Shown: positions 42,878-51,766, numbered from the stretch's first letter. The stretch: DNA of 64,000 bases from an uncultured Actinomycetes bacterium (GCA_963795785.1 CAWCKG010000018.1:49772-113771), one strand, 5' to 3'. Numbers and translations: made by a program. The notes: generated by a model from the sequence alone, not told the origin.

Positions 42878-43513
42878 TCAGCCGGTCAGCGGAAGGCGGA
42901 GAAGTTCGCCGAGGCGGGCGAGCGTCTCCGGCGGGTCGCGGTGCAGGATCGCGGTCATCCCGATCGCCTCGGCGGCCGTCACATTGACCTCGATGTCGTC
43001 GATGAACACGCACGTGGCCGGGTCCAGCCCGAGCAGGCCGGCCGCGTGCCGGAAGATCCGCTCCTCCGGCTTGCGCATGCCGACCTCGCCGGAGATCACC
43101 ACGACGTCGAACATGCCGGGGAACAGGTGCCGCGGATAGTCGGCCATGCCCCACGAGTTGGACAGCAGCCCGGTGCGCAGGCCGGCGGCACGGATCGCCA
43201 GCACCGCCTCTTGCATGGGGGCGGCCAGCGTGGACCCGGCGAACATCCGGGTCAGCAGCCCTTCGGCCACCACCGGGACGCCGTTGCGGCGGGCGATCCG
43301 CGAGGCAAGCAACTGCTCGAACTCCTCGACCGTGCACTCCCCGCGTTCGAGCGCGTGGACCGGGTTGGTGTCGCCGTTCTGGTCGTACGCTCCGGCCACC
43401 CACGGCCGCACCACGGCCGCGTAGTGCTCGTGGTCGACATCCTCGTCGTCCAGCCAGACCGCGACCATGTCCCGGATGGGATTGGTCATCACGCCACCCC
43501 AGTCCAGGATCAC
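42878..43513 (-). CDS. HAD-family hydrolase
   Basis: Contains ILDWGGVMT (motif I variant), LLSNSW and VFIDDIEVNVTAAEAIGMTAI. Confidence 0.8.
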   Translation of the reverse strand: MILDWGGVMTNPIRDMVAVWLDDEDVDHEHYAAVVRPWVAGAYDQNGDTNPVHALERGECTVEEFEQLLASRIARRNGVPVVAEGLLTRMFAGSTLAAPMQEAVLAIRAAGLRTGLLSNSWGMADYPRHLFPGMFDVVVISGEVGMRKPEERIFRHAAGLLGLDPATCVFIDDIEVNVTAAEAIGMTAILHRDPPETLARLGELLRLPLTG

Positions 43514-43660
43514 GCCCGGAACGGGCCGGGCGGACCGTCTCCATGTGCGGTCTCATTCGTCACGCGAGGCATATCAGGCACATCTTCGAGGGTAGGCGAC
43601 CGGGGTAAACGCCAGGTGAGGGGCCGGTGCCGGGACGGTTCGAGGCCAGCTGAGGGCACG

Positions 43661-43793
43661 GCGAGCGGGCGGGGCGGGCGGGCAGGGCGGGCGGGCTGGG
43701 CGAGCGGGGCGGGGCGGGCGGCGGGCGGGGCGGGCGACGGGCTGGGCGGGCGGGGCGGGCTGGGCGGGCGGGGCGGGCTGGGCGGGCGGGGCG
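43661..43793. repeat. G-tract tandem array (18-bp unit CTGGGCGGGCGGGGCGGG in about 3 clean copies plus degenerate copies), G-quadruplex-prone on the + strand
   Basis: Seen directly. Begins immediately 3' of the def stop codon (cta 43794-43796). Confidence 0.8.
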
Positions 43794-44277
43794 CTAGGCC
43801 GGGGCGTTGAGGTACCGCAGGACGCGGCGGCGCTCCGCGCCGGTGAGGCCGTCGATGTAGAGCTTGCCGGCCAGGTGGTCGGTTTCGTGCTGCAGACAGC
43901 GGGCCAGTTCGCCGGTTCCGGTGACGACGACCGGCTCCTGGCGGAGATCGACACCCGTCACCACCGCGTAGGCGGCGCGCGGCCGGTCGGCGGAGATGCC
44001 CGGGACGGACAGGCAGGCTTCCGGCCCGTCCTGGCTGTCGCGCAGTTCGGCGACCTCCGGGTTGATCACGTAGCCCAGTTCGCCAGTCCACGTTGTAGCT
44101 GAAGACCGCCAGGCCGGAGCCGATCTGGTTGGCCGCGAGCCCGGCCCGGCCGGGTTCGGCCACGGTGTCCAGGAGATCGGCGACGAGCCTGGCCAGGGCA
44201 TCGTCGAAGCGCACGACCCGATCGCACGGCGTGCGCAGCACCGGATCGCCGAGATAGCGCAGCGGGCGGACCGTCAT
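43794..44277 (-). CDS. def: Peptide deformylase (one frameshift near 44090)
   Basis: Contains MTVRPLRYLGDPVLRTPC and GLAANQIG (motif 1), EACLSVPG (motif 2) and QHETDHLAG (motif 3). The start ATG overlaps the upstream PadR TGA, forming ATGA at 44274-44277. Confidence 0.85.
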
Positions 44278-44843
44278 GCCCGGCCCTGGCCTGCCTGCCC
44301 GCTGTCGGCGGCCAGCTTGCCGATCTGGTCGAGGACCAGCTGATGCCAGTCCAGTTCCGCCTGGATGCGCCGCCGCGCGTGCTCGACGACGAGGTCGTCG
44401 GCCACCGTCTGGCCCGGCCACAGCCGGTCCCGCTGATGGTCGAACTGGGCCGCCCGTGCCGACAGCGCCCGCACCCGGTCGTCGAGGTAGCCGCGCAGGA
44501 TGTCCGGATCGAGGTCACCGCTCATGGCCAGCGCGAGATCGACGGGGTCCGGCTGCAGCCTGACCTCCTGCAGGGCCTCGGCCCGCAGCACCCGCAGTTC
44601 GCGGTGCCCCTCCTCGGTGATGCCGTAGACGGTCCGCGCGGGAAGCTGGCCGTCCTGCTCGGTCCGCAGCGGCTCGATCAGCCCTTCTGCCGCCAGGCGG
44701 TGCAGCGCGCCGTACAGCGATCCGGGCCGGACCTCGGACCACAGCTCGGTCCGGTCGAGCCGGGCGTCCCGGCGGAGCTGGTGGCCATACATGGGCCCGT
44801 GCTTGGCCAGCGCGCCGAGGATGAACAACCGGGTCGGGTTCAC
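44274..44843 (-). CDS. PadR-family transcriptional regulator
   Basis: Starts at GTG 44843: VNPTRLFILGALAKHGPMYGHQLRRDA...GSLYGALHRLAAEGLIE...RTVYGITEEG. Confidence 0.85.
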   Translation of the reverse strand: MNPTRLFILGALAKHGPMYGHQLRRDARLDRTELWSEVRPGSLYGALHRLAAEGLIEPLRTEQDGQLPARTVYGITEEGHRELRVLRAEALQEVRLQPDPVDLALAMSGDLDPDILRGYLDDRVRALSARAAQFDHQRDRLWPGQTVADDLVVEHARRRIQAELDWHQLVLDQIGKLAADSGQAGQGRA

Positions 44844-44906
44844 CCAGGTATTAAAACACGAGTGCTCAAATATGACTACCGCCTGCGGCGCCGGGCCGGC
44901 CCGGTA

Positions 44907-45050
44907 GGGTGCCGCACCGGCCTGGCGGGATGGCGCAGCCGCCTGGCAGGATGGCGCAGTTCGCCTGGCGGGATGGCGCACCGGCCTGGCGGGATGGCGC
45001 ACCGGCCTGGCGGGATGGCGCACCGGCCTAGCGGGATGGCGAGCCGCACC
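44907..45050. repeat. About 7 tandem copies of a 21-bp unit GGATGGCGCACCGGCCTGGCG
   Basis: Three consecutive near-identical copies span 44971-45033, with degenerate copies on both sides. Lies between the divergent PadR and DUF222/HNH genes. Confidence 0.85.
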
Positions 45051-45179
45051 CAGATTCGTGGCACACCGGAGATCCCAAGCGGCGGGCCGCCACCAGCGGC
45101 CAGAAAATGTCAGAGGTCGAAACTATTATCGTTTTGAGGTTGATGAGCTGGTTAAACCGGCAACTGGAGGTGAGGACGG

Positions 45180-47438
45180 GTGCCGACTCCTGTCACGACC
45201 CCTGACCGCCTCCCCGCCCGGGGAGCCGGGATCTTCGATGACCAGGCCCCGGGGTTGCCAGATTGGGACTGCGCGGAGGCGGCCGACCGGGATTCGGCGG
45301 AGCCCGCGGACTGGGATCTTGCGGATCTGGCCGACTGGGAACCCGAAGACCCGGAAGGGGAGCCACTGGAACTGGCAATGCCGGACCCGGAGGCACCAGA
45401 CCCGAAGGTATTGGACCCGAAGGTATGGACCCGAAGGCGGAACGCAGTGGCCCCGGGTATGCCGAGGGCGGGAGCCGGGAGGCGCGGACGGCTCGCCCAT
45501 GGGGCCCGACTCGCGGCGACGGTGGCTGGTTCGCCGCTGGAGGGGTAGCCGACGAACTGCTTCCGGGACCACGTCTGGCCGGGTTCATGGCGGACGCCAG
45601 GGCCATCGGGTTAGGCCGGCTCACCGACGATGAGCTCATCGGGGTGATGCGAGCCGCTAGGCGGCTAGCGTCCTGGTCCGCGGCGATGGAACTGGCTGCC
45701 GCCGGGGATCTGTGGCGCCGTCGTTGGGCCGAGGAGCAGGCAGGCGATACCGGTGCCGCCTGCCACGCCGACGACGAGATCGCTGCTGCCCTGACGTTAA
45801 CCAGCGCGTGCCGCGGACCAAGTGCTCAGCCTGGCCGTCGCGCTGCGCCGCCTGCCCCTGACCAGCCGAGCGCTCACTGCCGGAGACATCGACCTGCCCC
45901 GCGCCATGGTGATCGCCGATGAGGTCACCGGGCTTGACGATGAGCATGCGGCAGCGGTGGAGGAGGTCATCATCGGCGCGGCCGCAGGCCAGACAACCGG
46001 GCAATTGCGCGCCGCCACCCGCCGGGCGGTGCTGTCGGCGGACCCGCGGGCGGCTCGCAAGCGGAAGGAACGGGCGCTCCTGGATGCCCGGGTCGAGCGC
46101 TGGGACGAACACGGCGGTACTGCGGCCCTGGCGGGGCGCGACCTTCCCCCGGCCTCGGTCCTGGCTGCCGACCAGAACCTCAGCGCGCTGGCCAGGCAAC
46201 TGGATCGCGCCGGTGCCCCCGGCACACTGGATCAGTTGCGAGCCCAGGTCTATCTGGCCCTGCTCACCGGAACCTCCGTGGGCTCGCTGATCCCGATAGG
46301 GCCCGCCACCGCCTCCGGCATGTCCCCCAGTGACTCCCCCCGGGGCTTCCCCGGCCAGGTCGCTGATTCTCCGGCTAGCGCCACGTCGCCCGGATTCTGC
46401 CCGCCCGCTATGCCCAGCGCATTCGGCAGTCTCGGCGTTCCGGCCAACCCCGGTCCTCGCCCTCCGGCATCTCCGCCAGCCCCGGCACCCCCGGCACCTC
46501 CGCCAGCCCCGGCACCCCCGGCACCCCCGGCACCTCCACCGGCTCCGGCATCTCCGCCAGCCCCGGCACCTCCGCCAGCCCCGGCACCCCCGGCACTCGC
46601 CGGCACCTCGGCACCGGCTCCGGCACCTCCGCCAGCCCCGGCACCTCCGCAGCGTTCTTCGCCTCCGGGACCGTGAACCTGACGATGCCCTTAGCTAGCT
46701 GGCTCGGCCTGTCCGATGCGCCCGGCAACGTCGCCGGGTACGGGCCACTGGACGCCGAGGATTCCCGTGCCATCGCCGATGTCCTGTCGGCCCGGTCGGG
46801 CACCAAGTGGTGCCTGACACTCACCGACTCACATGGCCGCCCCGTCGCCCACGGATGCGCCCGCGCCGCACCGCCACCGAGCCCGCGCCGCGTTGAGTGG
46901 CCGACCGGAGCACCCGGTGCTCACGGAGCCGGCTCCCGCGACGGACCAGCAGGCAACTCGCACGGACCGGCAGACAGTCCACGTGACGGACCGGCGGACA
47001 GCCCACGTGACGGACCGGCGGACAGCCCACGTGACGGACCGCGAACTGGCGCGCCCAGCAGGCCCGAGGTCCGCGCACCCGACAGGACCTGGATCTTCAG
47101 CCTCACGCTCCTGGCGGGCGGCGACTGTGATCATGCCACGGAGACGGCCGCGTACCGGCCCTCCGCCGGGCTGCGCCATCTGATCGAGATCCGGCATGCC
47201 ACCTGCACCTATCCCGGTTGCCGACGGCCGGCCACGCGCTGCGACGCCGACCACACCGTGGCTTTCCACCGAGGAGGCAGAACGTGCCTGTGCAATCTCG
47301 CGCCCCTGTGCAGAAGGCATCACGAGGCCAAGCAGGCGCCGGGCTGGCAGCCTGACCCAGGACCAGCCCGGCGTCATGACCTGGCGGCTGCCCAGCGGCC
47401 GCACCTACCAGACAGCCGGTGACCCCTACCCGGTCTAG
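45180..47438 (+). CDS. DUF222 + HNH endonuclease protein (REP13E12-like), about 4 frameshifts and two internal tandem-repeat expansions
   Basis: Starts at GTG 45180 after GGAGGTGAGGA. The DUF222 region reads LTDDELIGVMRAARRLASWSAAMELAAAGDL, then NLTMPLASWLGLSDAPGNVAGYGPLDAEDSR. The HNH region reads CTYPGCRRPATRCDADHTVAFHRGGRTCLCNLAPLCRRHHEAKQ. Confidence 0.75.
46463..46650 (+). repeat. In-gene 9/18-bp tandem repeats encoding (PAPAPP)n
   Basis: CCGGCACCTCCGCCAGCC and CCGGCACCC units recur within the HNH gene. Confidence 0.8.
46962..47045 (+). repeat. In-gene 24-bp tandem repeat, about 3.5 copies, encoding GPADSPRD
   Basis: ACGGACCGGCGGACAGCCCACGTG is repeated. Copies 2 and 3 are identical. 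Confidence 0.85.
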
Positions 47439-47451
47439 GGGCCGTGTCCTT

Positions 47452-47850
47452 AAAGGGAAAGGAAAAAAAGGAGGAAAAGAAGAAGAAAAAGAAAAGAAAG
47501 AGGAGGAAAGAAGGAGAAAAGAAGGGAAGAAGATAAAAAAGAAGGAAGAAAAAGAGGAGGGAGAAGAACAGGGCAAGACAGCGGTACACGGTCGACTCAA
47601 CCAAAACAGGTCAACCGCGACCTGCCTGTGTAAAGACCTAGGCGCAGGACAGCAAGATCTACGCCCGCAGCGCCAGGTACTAGGCGGTAAAAGAAAGAAG
47701 GGAAAAGGAGAACAGCTGAGCTAGCTCTGACTACAACAGGAACAGAAAAGAATAAGGCAGGAAGAAAGGAGAAGCAAACAACAGAAAGGAAAGAAGCTGA
47801 AAGGAGAACAGGAGAAGACACTAAGACAAAGACTAGAACGACACACACAG
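47452..47850 (+). other. Polypurine (A/G) island: a nearly pure block at 47452-47567 and a purine-skewed block at 47688-47850
   Basis: The first block is 116 nt of A/G with a single T at 47534. There are at least 8 AGGAG/GGAGG cores. No plausible coding frame exists: translations are K/E-rich or F/S/L-rich low complexity. Confidence 0.8.
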
Positions 47851-47988
47851 AGACTGCGCGGCGCTGGCGTTAGACAACACACCGGCGCAGGCCCAGCAGA
47901 TCCGGCCACGGGCAGCCCGCCGCCGCTCCGGCAGCCCCGACCGGCGCACCAGCTCAGCCCGCTCATCACCAGAAAGCACGACTGGCAC
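47833..47988 (-). pseudogene. N-terminal HTH remnant of an IS630-family-like transposase
   Basis: The minus-strand translation is VPVVLSGDERAELVRRSGLPERRRAARGRICWACAGVLSNASAAQSLCVSF*. It resembles the LSxxERAELERW...RIVLACAEGLSNxEVA N-terminus of IS630 transposases, recognised from memory. It ends where the pyrimidine-rich tract begins. Confidence 0.4.
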
Positions 47989-48106
47989 AGAAGCAGTGTG
48001 TTAGCAGGGTCTGCTCGCGTTGGGGGATAACTCCGCTGCGTCGCGTTGATGTCGGATGCCTCGTGCAGACTGTCAAGGCACTGACCGCGCCGCGAGGGAG
48101 CACTTG

Positions 48107-48550
48107 ATGGCTGTCCACTTCCAGATCGTCATTGACTGCCGAGATCCTGAACCGCTCGCGCGTTTCTGGGCTTCAGCCTTGGGATACGACTTCGAGCCAC
48201 CGCCAGAGGGTTTCGCGACCTGGGATGACTACTGGCGTGACGTTGGCGTGGGCGAGGAAGACTTGGAGATCGGCGAGGACCGCATCATCGATCCCGATGG
48301 CAGCGGCCCGCGCATCTGGTTCCAGGTAGTACCCGAACTGAAGGCTGTCAAGAACCGGTTGCACCTGGATATCTCCGTCAGCGGCGGCCGTGCGTTCCCG
48401 ATCGAAACGCGGCGTCAGCGAGTCGACGCCGAGGCCGAGCGCCTAGCCGCGCTCGGAGCCTCATACGTTCGCGTGCTAAGCGAAGAGGGGCTCGACCACT
48501 ACGGAATCGCCATGCAAGATCCCGAGGGCAACGAGTTCGACATCAATTGA
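48107..48550 (+). CDS. VOC-family (glyoxalase/bleomycin-resistance fold) protein
   Basis: Contains MAVHFQIVIDCRDPEPLARFWASALGY...RIWFQVVPELKAVKNRLHLDI...HYGIAMQDPEGNEFDI. Confidence 0.85.
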   Translation: MAVHFQIVIDCRDPEPLARFWASALGYDFEPPPEGFATWDDYWRDVGVGEEDLEIGEDRIIDPDGSGPRIWFQVVPELKAVKNRLHLDISVSGGRAFPIETRRQRVDAEAERLAALGASYVRVLSEEGLDHYGIAMQDPEGNEFDIN

Positions 48551-48624
48551 CCTGCGCCCGGGCACGTCCAGTTCATCGGGCCTGCTCCGCAGCAGGCCCT
48601 GCCCAGGCCCTCCAATGGACCGTG

Positions 48625-48801
48625 CGTTGTTATGTCATGCACGCGCCGTTGTGCCGGCATCACCATGAGGTCAAGCAGTCTCCGGGCTGGAGACTGGCCC
48701 AGGCCAGCCCGGGCGTCATGACCTGGACCACGCCGGCCGGACGCCGCCACGCCGTCGGCCCCAGCGAGTACCTGGCCCAGTACGGCAGTGTCACTTCGTG
48801 A
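48625..48801 (+). pseudogene. 3' fragment of a second DUF222/HNH gene
   Basis: APLCRHHHEVKQSPGWRLAQASPGVMTWTTPAGRRH is collinear with the end of the first HNH gene, LCRRHHEAKQAPGWQ...QPGVMTWRLPSGRTY. There is no upstream HNH body. Confidence 0.6.
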
Positions 48802-48877
48802 TCATTGCGGTAACCGGGTGAAACGGTGCGGCCACTCATCGGGGACGCACCCGGCCAGGCCGGGTATGCCTCCTCGG

Positions 48878-49435
48878 TTAGCGGTGCCGCCGGTACTCGA
48901 GCTCGAGTCCGCTGCTGAAGGCGGTGCTGGACAGCAGGTCGAGCGAACGGGACTTGCCGACGTCCTCGAACAACCGGGGGCCCTCGCCCGCCAGGTAGGG
49001 GACCAGAGTCACGCGGTACTCGTCGATCAGGTCGAGCCGCGCGAGCGAACGCCAGAAGCTGATGCCGCCGTGGACGACGATGTAACCGTCGCCGCCTCGG
49101 CGGAGCTTGTCGACCTCCTGGCCGAGGTCGCCTCTGGCGATGGTGGTGTTGGTCCAGTCGGCGGTCTTGAGCGTGCGGGAGAACACCACCTTGCGTGCGG
49201 CGTTGAGGGGACCGGCGTTGGGATCGTCGGTGGCGGTCGGGAAGTAGCTGGCCATGCTCTGGTAGGCAACCCGGCCCATGATGTGCACGTCCGCGCCCGC
49301 GTAAAACTCGCTCCCTCTGGCGTCTTCCGCGGGGTCGTCCGGCAGGTCGCGGCAGAACTGGAAGAACTCGGTGTCCTCGGTGGCGATCAGGCCGTCGAGC
49401 GAGTAGTCGAACACGCGGGCTATCAGCGTGCGCAT
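48878..49435 (-). CDS. Dihydrofolate-reductase-family protein (RibD C-terminal domain)
   Basis: Contains MRTLIARVFDYSLDGLIA...HIMGRVAYQSM...YIVVHGGISFWRSLARLDLIDEYRVTLVPYLAGEG. Confidence 0.9.
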   Translation of the reverse strand: MRTLIARVFDYSLDGLIATEDTEFFQFCRDLPDDPAEDARGSEFYAGADVHIMGRVAYQSMASYFPTATDDPNAGPLNAARKVVFSRTLKTADWTNTTIARGDLGQEVDKLRRGGDGYIVVHGGISFWRSLARLDLIDEYRVTLVPYLAGEGPRLFEDVGKSRSLDLLSSTAFSSGLELEYRRHR

Positions 49436-49685
49436 CTCAGAACTCCCTGGTCTCGGGTAGAGCGGGGACTCTAGTTTTTAGGGAACGTGGCCGTGCCGGG
49501 CCGCGGCCGTAGCGGGCCGCTGCCATGGCGTTCGTCAGGACAGACGACGGCCATCGTCCCGAATTAATCGGACGGGCCGCCGGGCGGATCGAGAACCCCG
49601 GCATCGGCGTATTCCCGCCCTGCGCCTCACGCCCGGGACGGTACACCGGGCGATAGCGTGGCTCAAAACACTCGGGAGGCGGATC

Positions 49686-50438
49686 ATGCAGCCAGTCGCG
49701 GTCGTCACCGGCGCGAGCAGCGGCATCGGCGCGGCCACCGCAGCACAACTGGCCGGCGCCGGGTTCCACGTGGTCCTGGCCGCCCGGCGGGCCGACCGGC
49801 TGGAGCAGGCCGCCGCCCGCGCCAGGGACAGGGGCGGTTCGGTCCAGGCCGAGATCCTCGACGTCACCGACCCGGCGGCCGTCGGGACCTTCGCGCGGTC
49901 CCTCGACCGGTGCGACGTGCTGGTCAACAACGCGGGCGGCGCGATCGGCATGGAGGACGTGGGTGCCGCCGACCCGGCGGACTGGCAGGCCATGTTCGAG
50001 GTCAACGTGCTCGGCTCGCTCCACCTGACCAAGGCGCTGCTGCCCCGGCTGATCGCCAGCGGCGACGGGGCGATCGTGATGCTGACCTCGACCGCGGGGT
50101 TCATCAGCTACGAGGGCGGCGGCGGGTACGCGGCCGCCAAGCACGCCCAGCACGCGATGGCGGCAACCCTCCGGCTGGAACTGTGCGGCCAGCCGGTCCG
50201 CGTGATCGAGATCGCGCCGGGCATGGTCCGCACGGACGAGTTCGCGGTGAACCGGTTCCGCGGCGACACCGGCAAGGCCGCCGCGGTGTACCAGGGCGTC
50301 CGCGAGCCGCTCACCGCCGAGGACATCGCCGACGCGATCACCTGGGCGGTCACCCGCCCCGCGCACTTCAACGTGGATCTGATGGTGCTCCGCCCGCGCG
50401 CCCAGGCCGCGCAGCACAAGGTCTACCGCGAGCCGTAG
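49686..50438 (+). CDS. SDR-family oxidoreductase
   Basis: Contains VAVVTGASSGIGAATA (TGxxxGxG), NNAG and YAAAKHA (YxxxK). Confidence 0.95.
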   Translation: MQPVAVVTGASSGIGAATAAQLAGAGFHVVLAARRADRLEQAAARARDRGGSVQAEILDVTDPAAVGTFARSLDRCDVLVNNAGGAIGMEDVGAADPADWQAMFEVNVLGSLHLTKALLPRLIASGDGAIVMLTSTAGFISYEGGGGYAAAKHAQHAMAATLRLELCGQPVRVIEIAPGMVRTDEFAVNRFRGDTGKAAAVYQGVREPLTAEDIADAITWAVTRPAHFNVDLMVLRPRAQAAQHKVYREP

Positions 50439-50614
50439 CCGCGCTGCCCGCTGGAGAGCCGCTGGGTCCGCAGCCGCGGCGCGCCGCCCGAAGCCACCGC
50501 GGACCCGCCGGCCCACGCCAGCTACCGCGGAGCCGCCCGCCGCCCAGCTACCGCGAGCCCGCCCGCCACCGCGAGCCGCGGACCCGCCGCCACCAGCGAC
50601 CGCGGACCCGCTGC

Positions 50615-51766
50615 CTACCGCGAGCCGCAGACCTGCGCACCGCTCACCCAGGTGGCCCTGGCCCGCAGGTCATCGCCCAGCCAGGCCAGGTCCGCGGCGG
50701 CCCCGGCGGCCAGCCGCCCGAGGTCGGGCCGCCCGATGAGGTCTGCCGGGATCCGGCTGGCCGCGGCCACCGCCTCGGCCAGCCCCAGTCCCAGGCCGAC
50801 GGCGTTGCCCACGGCCCGGTCCATCCGCAGCGCGGAACCGGCCAGCCCACCGCCGGGCCGCACCGGCGCGCCGCCGCCGGCCGGCAGTTCCACCGGCTCA
50901 CCGCCGAGCAGGTAGTGCCCCGGGGGCATGCCCGCGCACGCGGCCGCGTCGGTGACCAGGCAGATCCGGCCCGGGGCGGCCGCGAACGCGATCGCGCAGG
51001 CGGCGGCCGACACGTGGCTCAGGTCCACGATGAGCCCGCTGGTCAGCCGCGGGTCGGTCAGCGCCTGGCCGGCCACACCGGGTTCCCGGTGGTGCAGCCC
51101 GCGCTGCGCGTTGAACAGGTGGGTGACCATCCGGGCGCCCGCGGCCGCGCCCGCGGCCACCTGCGCGGCGGTGGCGTCGCTGTGGCCCACGCTGACCAGC
51201 ACCCCCGCCGCTGTCAGCGCGGCGATCGCGGCCAGCGCGCCGTCGGCCTCGGGGGCCAGCGTCACCAGCCGCAGCAGCTCTCCCCCGGCCGCCAGCAGTT
51301 CGCTGACCGCCTCCGGGGACGGCGGCACGATCCAGTCCCGCCGGTGCGCGCCCGCCCTGGCCGGGGACAGGAAGGGCCCCTCCAGGTGCACGCCGAGGAC
51401 ACGCGCCCCCGCGGTCACCGCTTCCGCTGCCGTTGCAGCAGAACGCAACGCCGCGGCCAGCGCTGGTACCGGAGCGGTGATGAACGTCGGCAGGAACGCG
51501 GTCGTGCCGGTTTCCGGCAGCCGCCGTGCCACCAGGGCCCAGCCCTCGGGGTCACCGTCGGCGAGGTCCACCCCGTAGTAGCCGTTGACCTGCAGGTCTA
51601 CCAGGCCCGGGACGAGCACGCCGGAGTCCAGTTCCAGGTCGGGTGGCCCCGGCGGCGGGCCCCCGCCGACCTCGGTGATGACGCCGCCCTGGACGCTGAG
51701 GAAGCCGGGCTCCAGCACGCCGGTGCCCGGCAGGCCGGGGACCAGCCGAGCCGCGGCGACAAGCAC
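50615..51766 (-). CDS. nagA: N-acetylglucosamine-6-phosphate deacetylase
   Basis: Starts at GTG 51766. Contains PGLVDLQVNGYYGVD, HLEGPFLS and SVGHSDAT, with a DxxHV-like LIVDLSHV. The start overlaps the ku stop by 1 nt. Confidence 0.8.
   Translation of the reverse strand: MLVAAARLVPGLPGTGVLEPGFLSVQGGVITEVGGGPPPGPPDLELDSGVLVPGLVDLQVNGYYGVDLADGDPEGWALVARRLPETGTTAFLPTFITAPVPALAAALRSAATAAEAVTAGARVLGVHLEGPFLSPARAGAHRRDWIVPPSPEAVSELLAAGGELLRLVTLAPEADGALAAIAALTAAGVLVSVGHSDATAAQVAAGAAAGARMVTHLFNAQRGLHHREPGVAGQALTDPRLTSGLIVDLSHVSAAACAIAFAAAPGRICLVTDAAACAGMPPGHYLLGGEPVELPAGGGAPVRPGGGLAGSALRMDRAVGNAVGLGLGLAEAVAAASRIPADLIGRPDLGRLAAGAAADLAWLGDDLRARATWVSGAQVCGSR

Noticed and set aside
43510-44421. A 303-aa ORF translating the G-tract array as a proline-rich protein (PPSPPRPPSPPRPP...).
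   Set aside because: It is in a different frame from def, spans the def coding region out of frame, and its composition is dictated by the C-rich repeat.
44907-45050. The 21-bp direct repeats as a possible CRISPR array.
   Set aside because: The repeats are contiguous with no unique spacers, the unit is short and non-palindromic, and there are no cas genes in the window.
47419-47724. A K/E-rich 101-aa ORF, and the F/S/L-rich ORFs on the opposite strand (47103..47600, 47374..47604, 47597..47848), across the polypurine tract.
   Set aside because: The amino-acid composition is simply the read-out of an A/G-only (or C/T-only) sequence. There is no start context, and stops interrupt the region in the mixed spacer. 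I treat it as non-coding.
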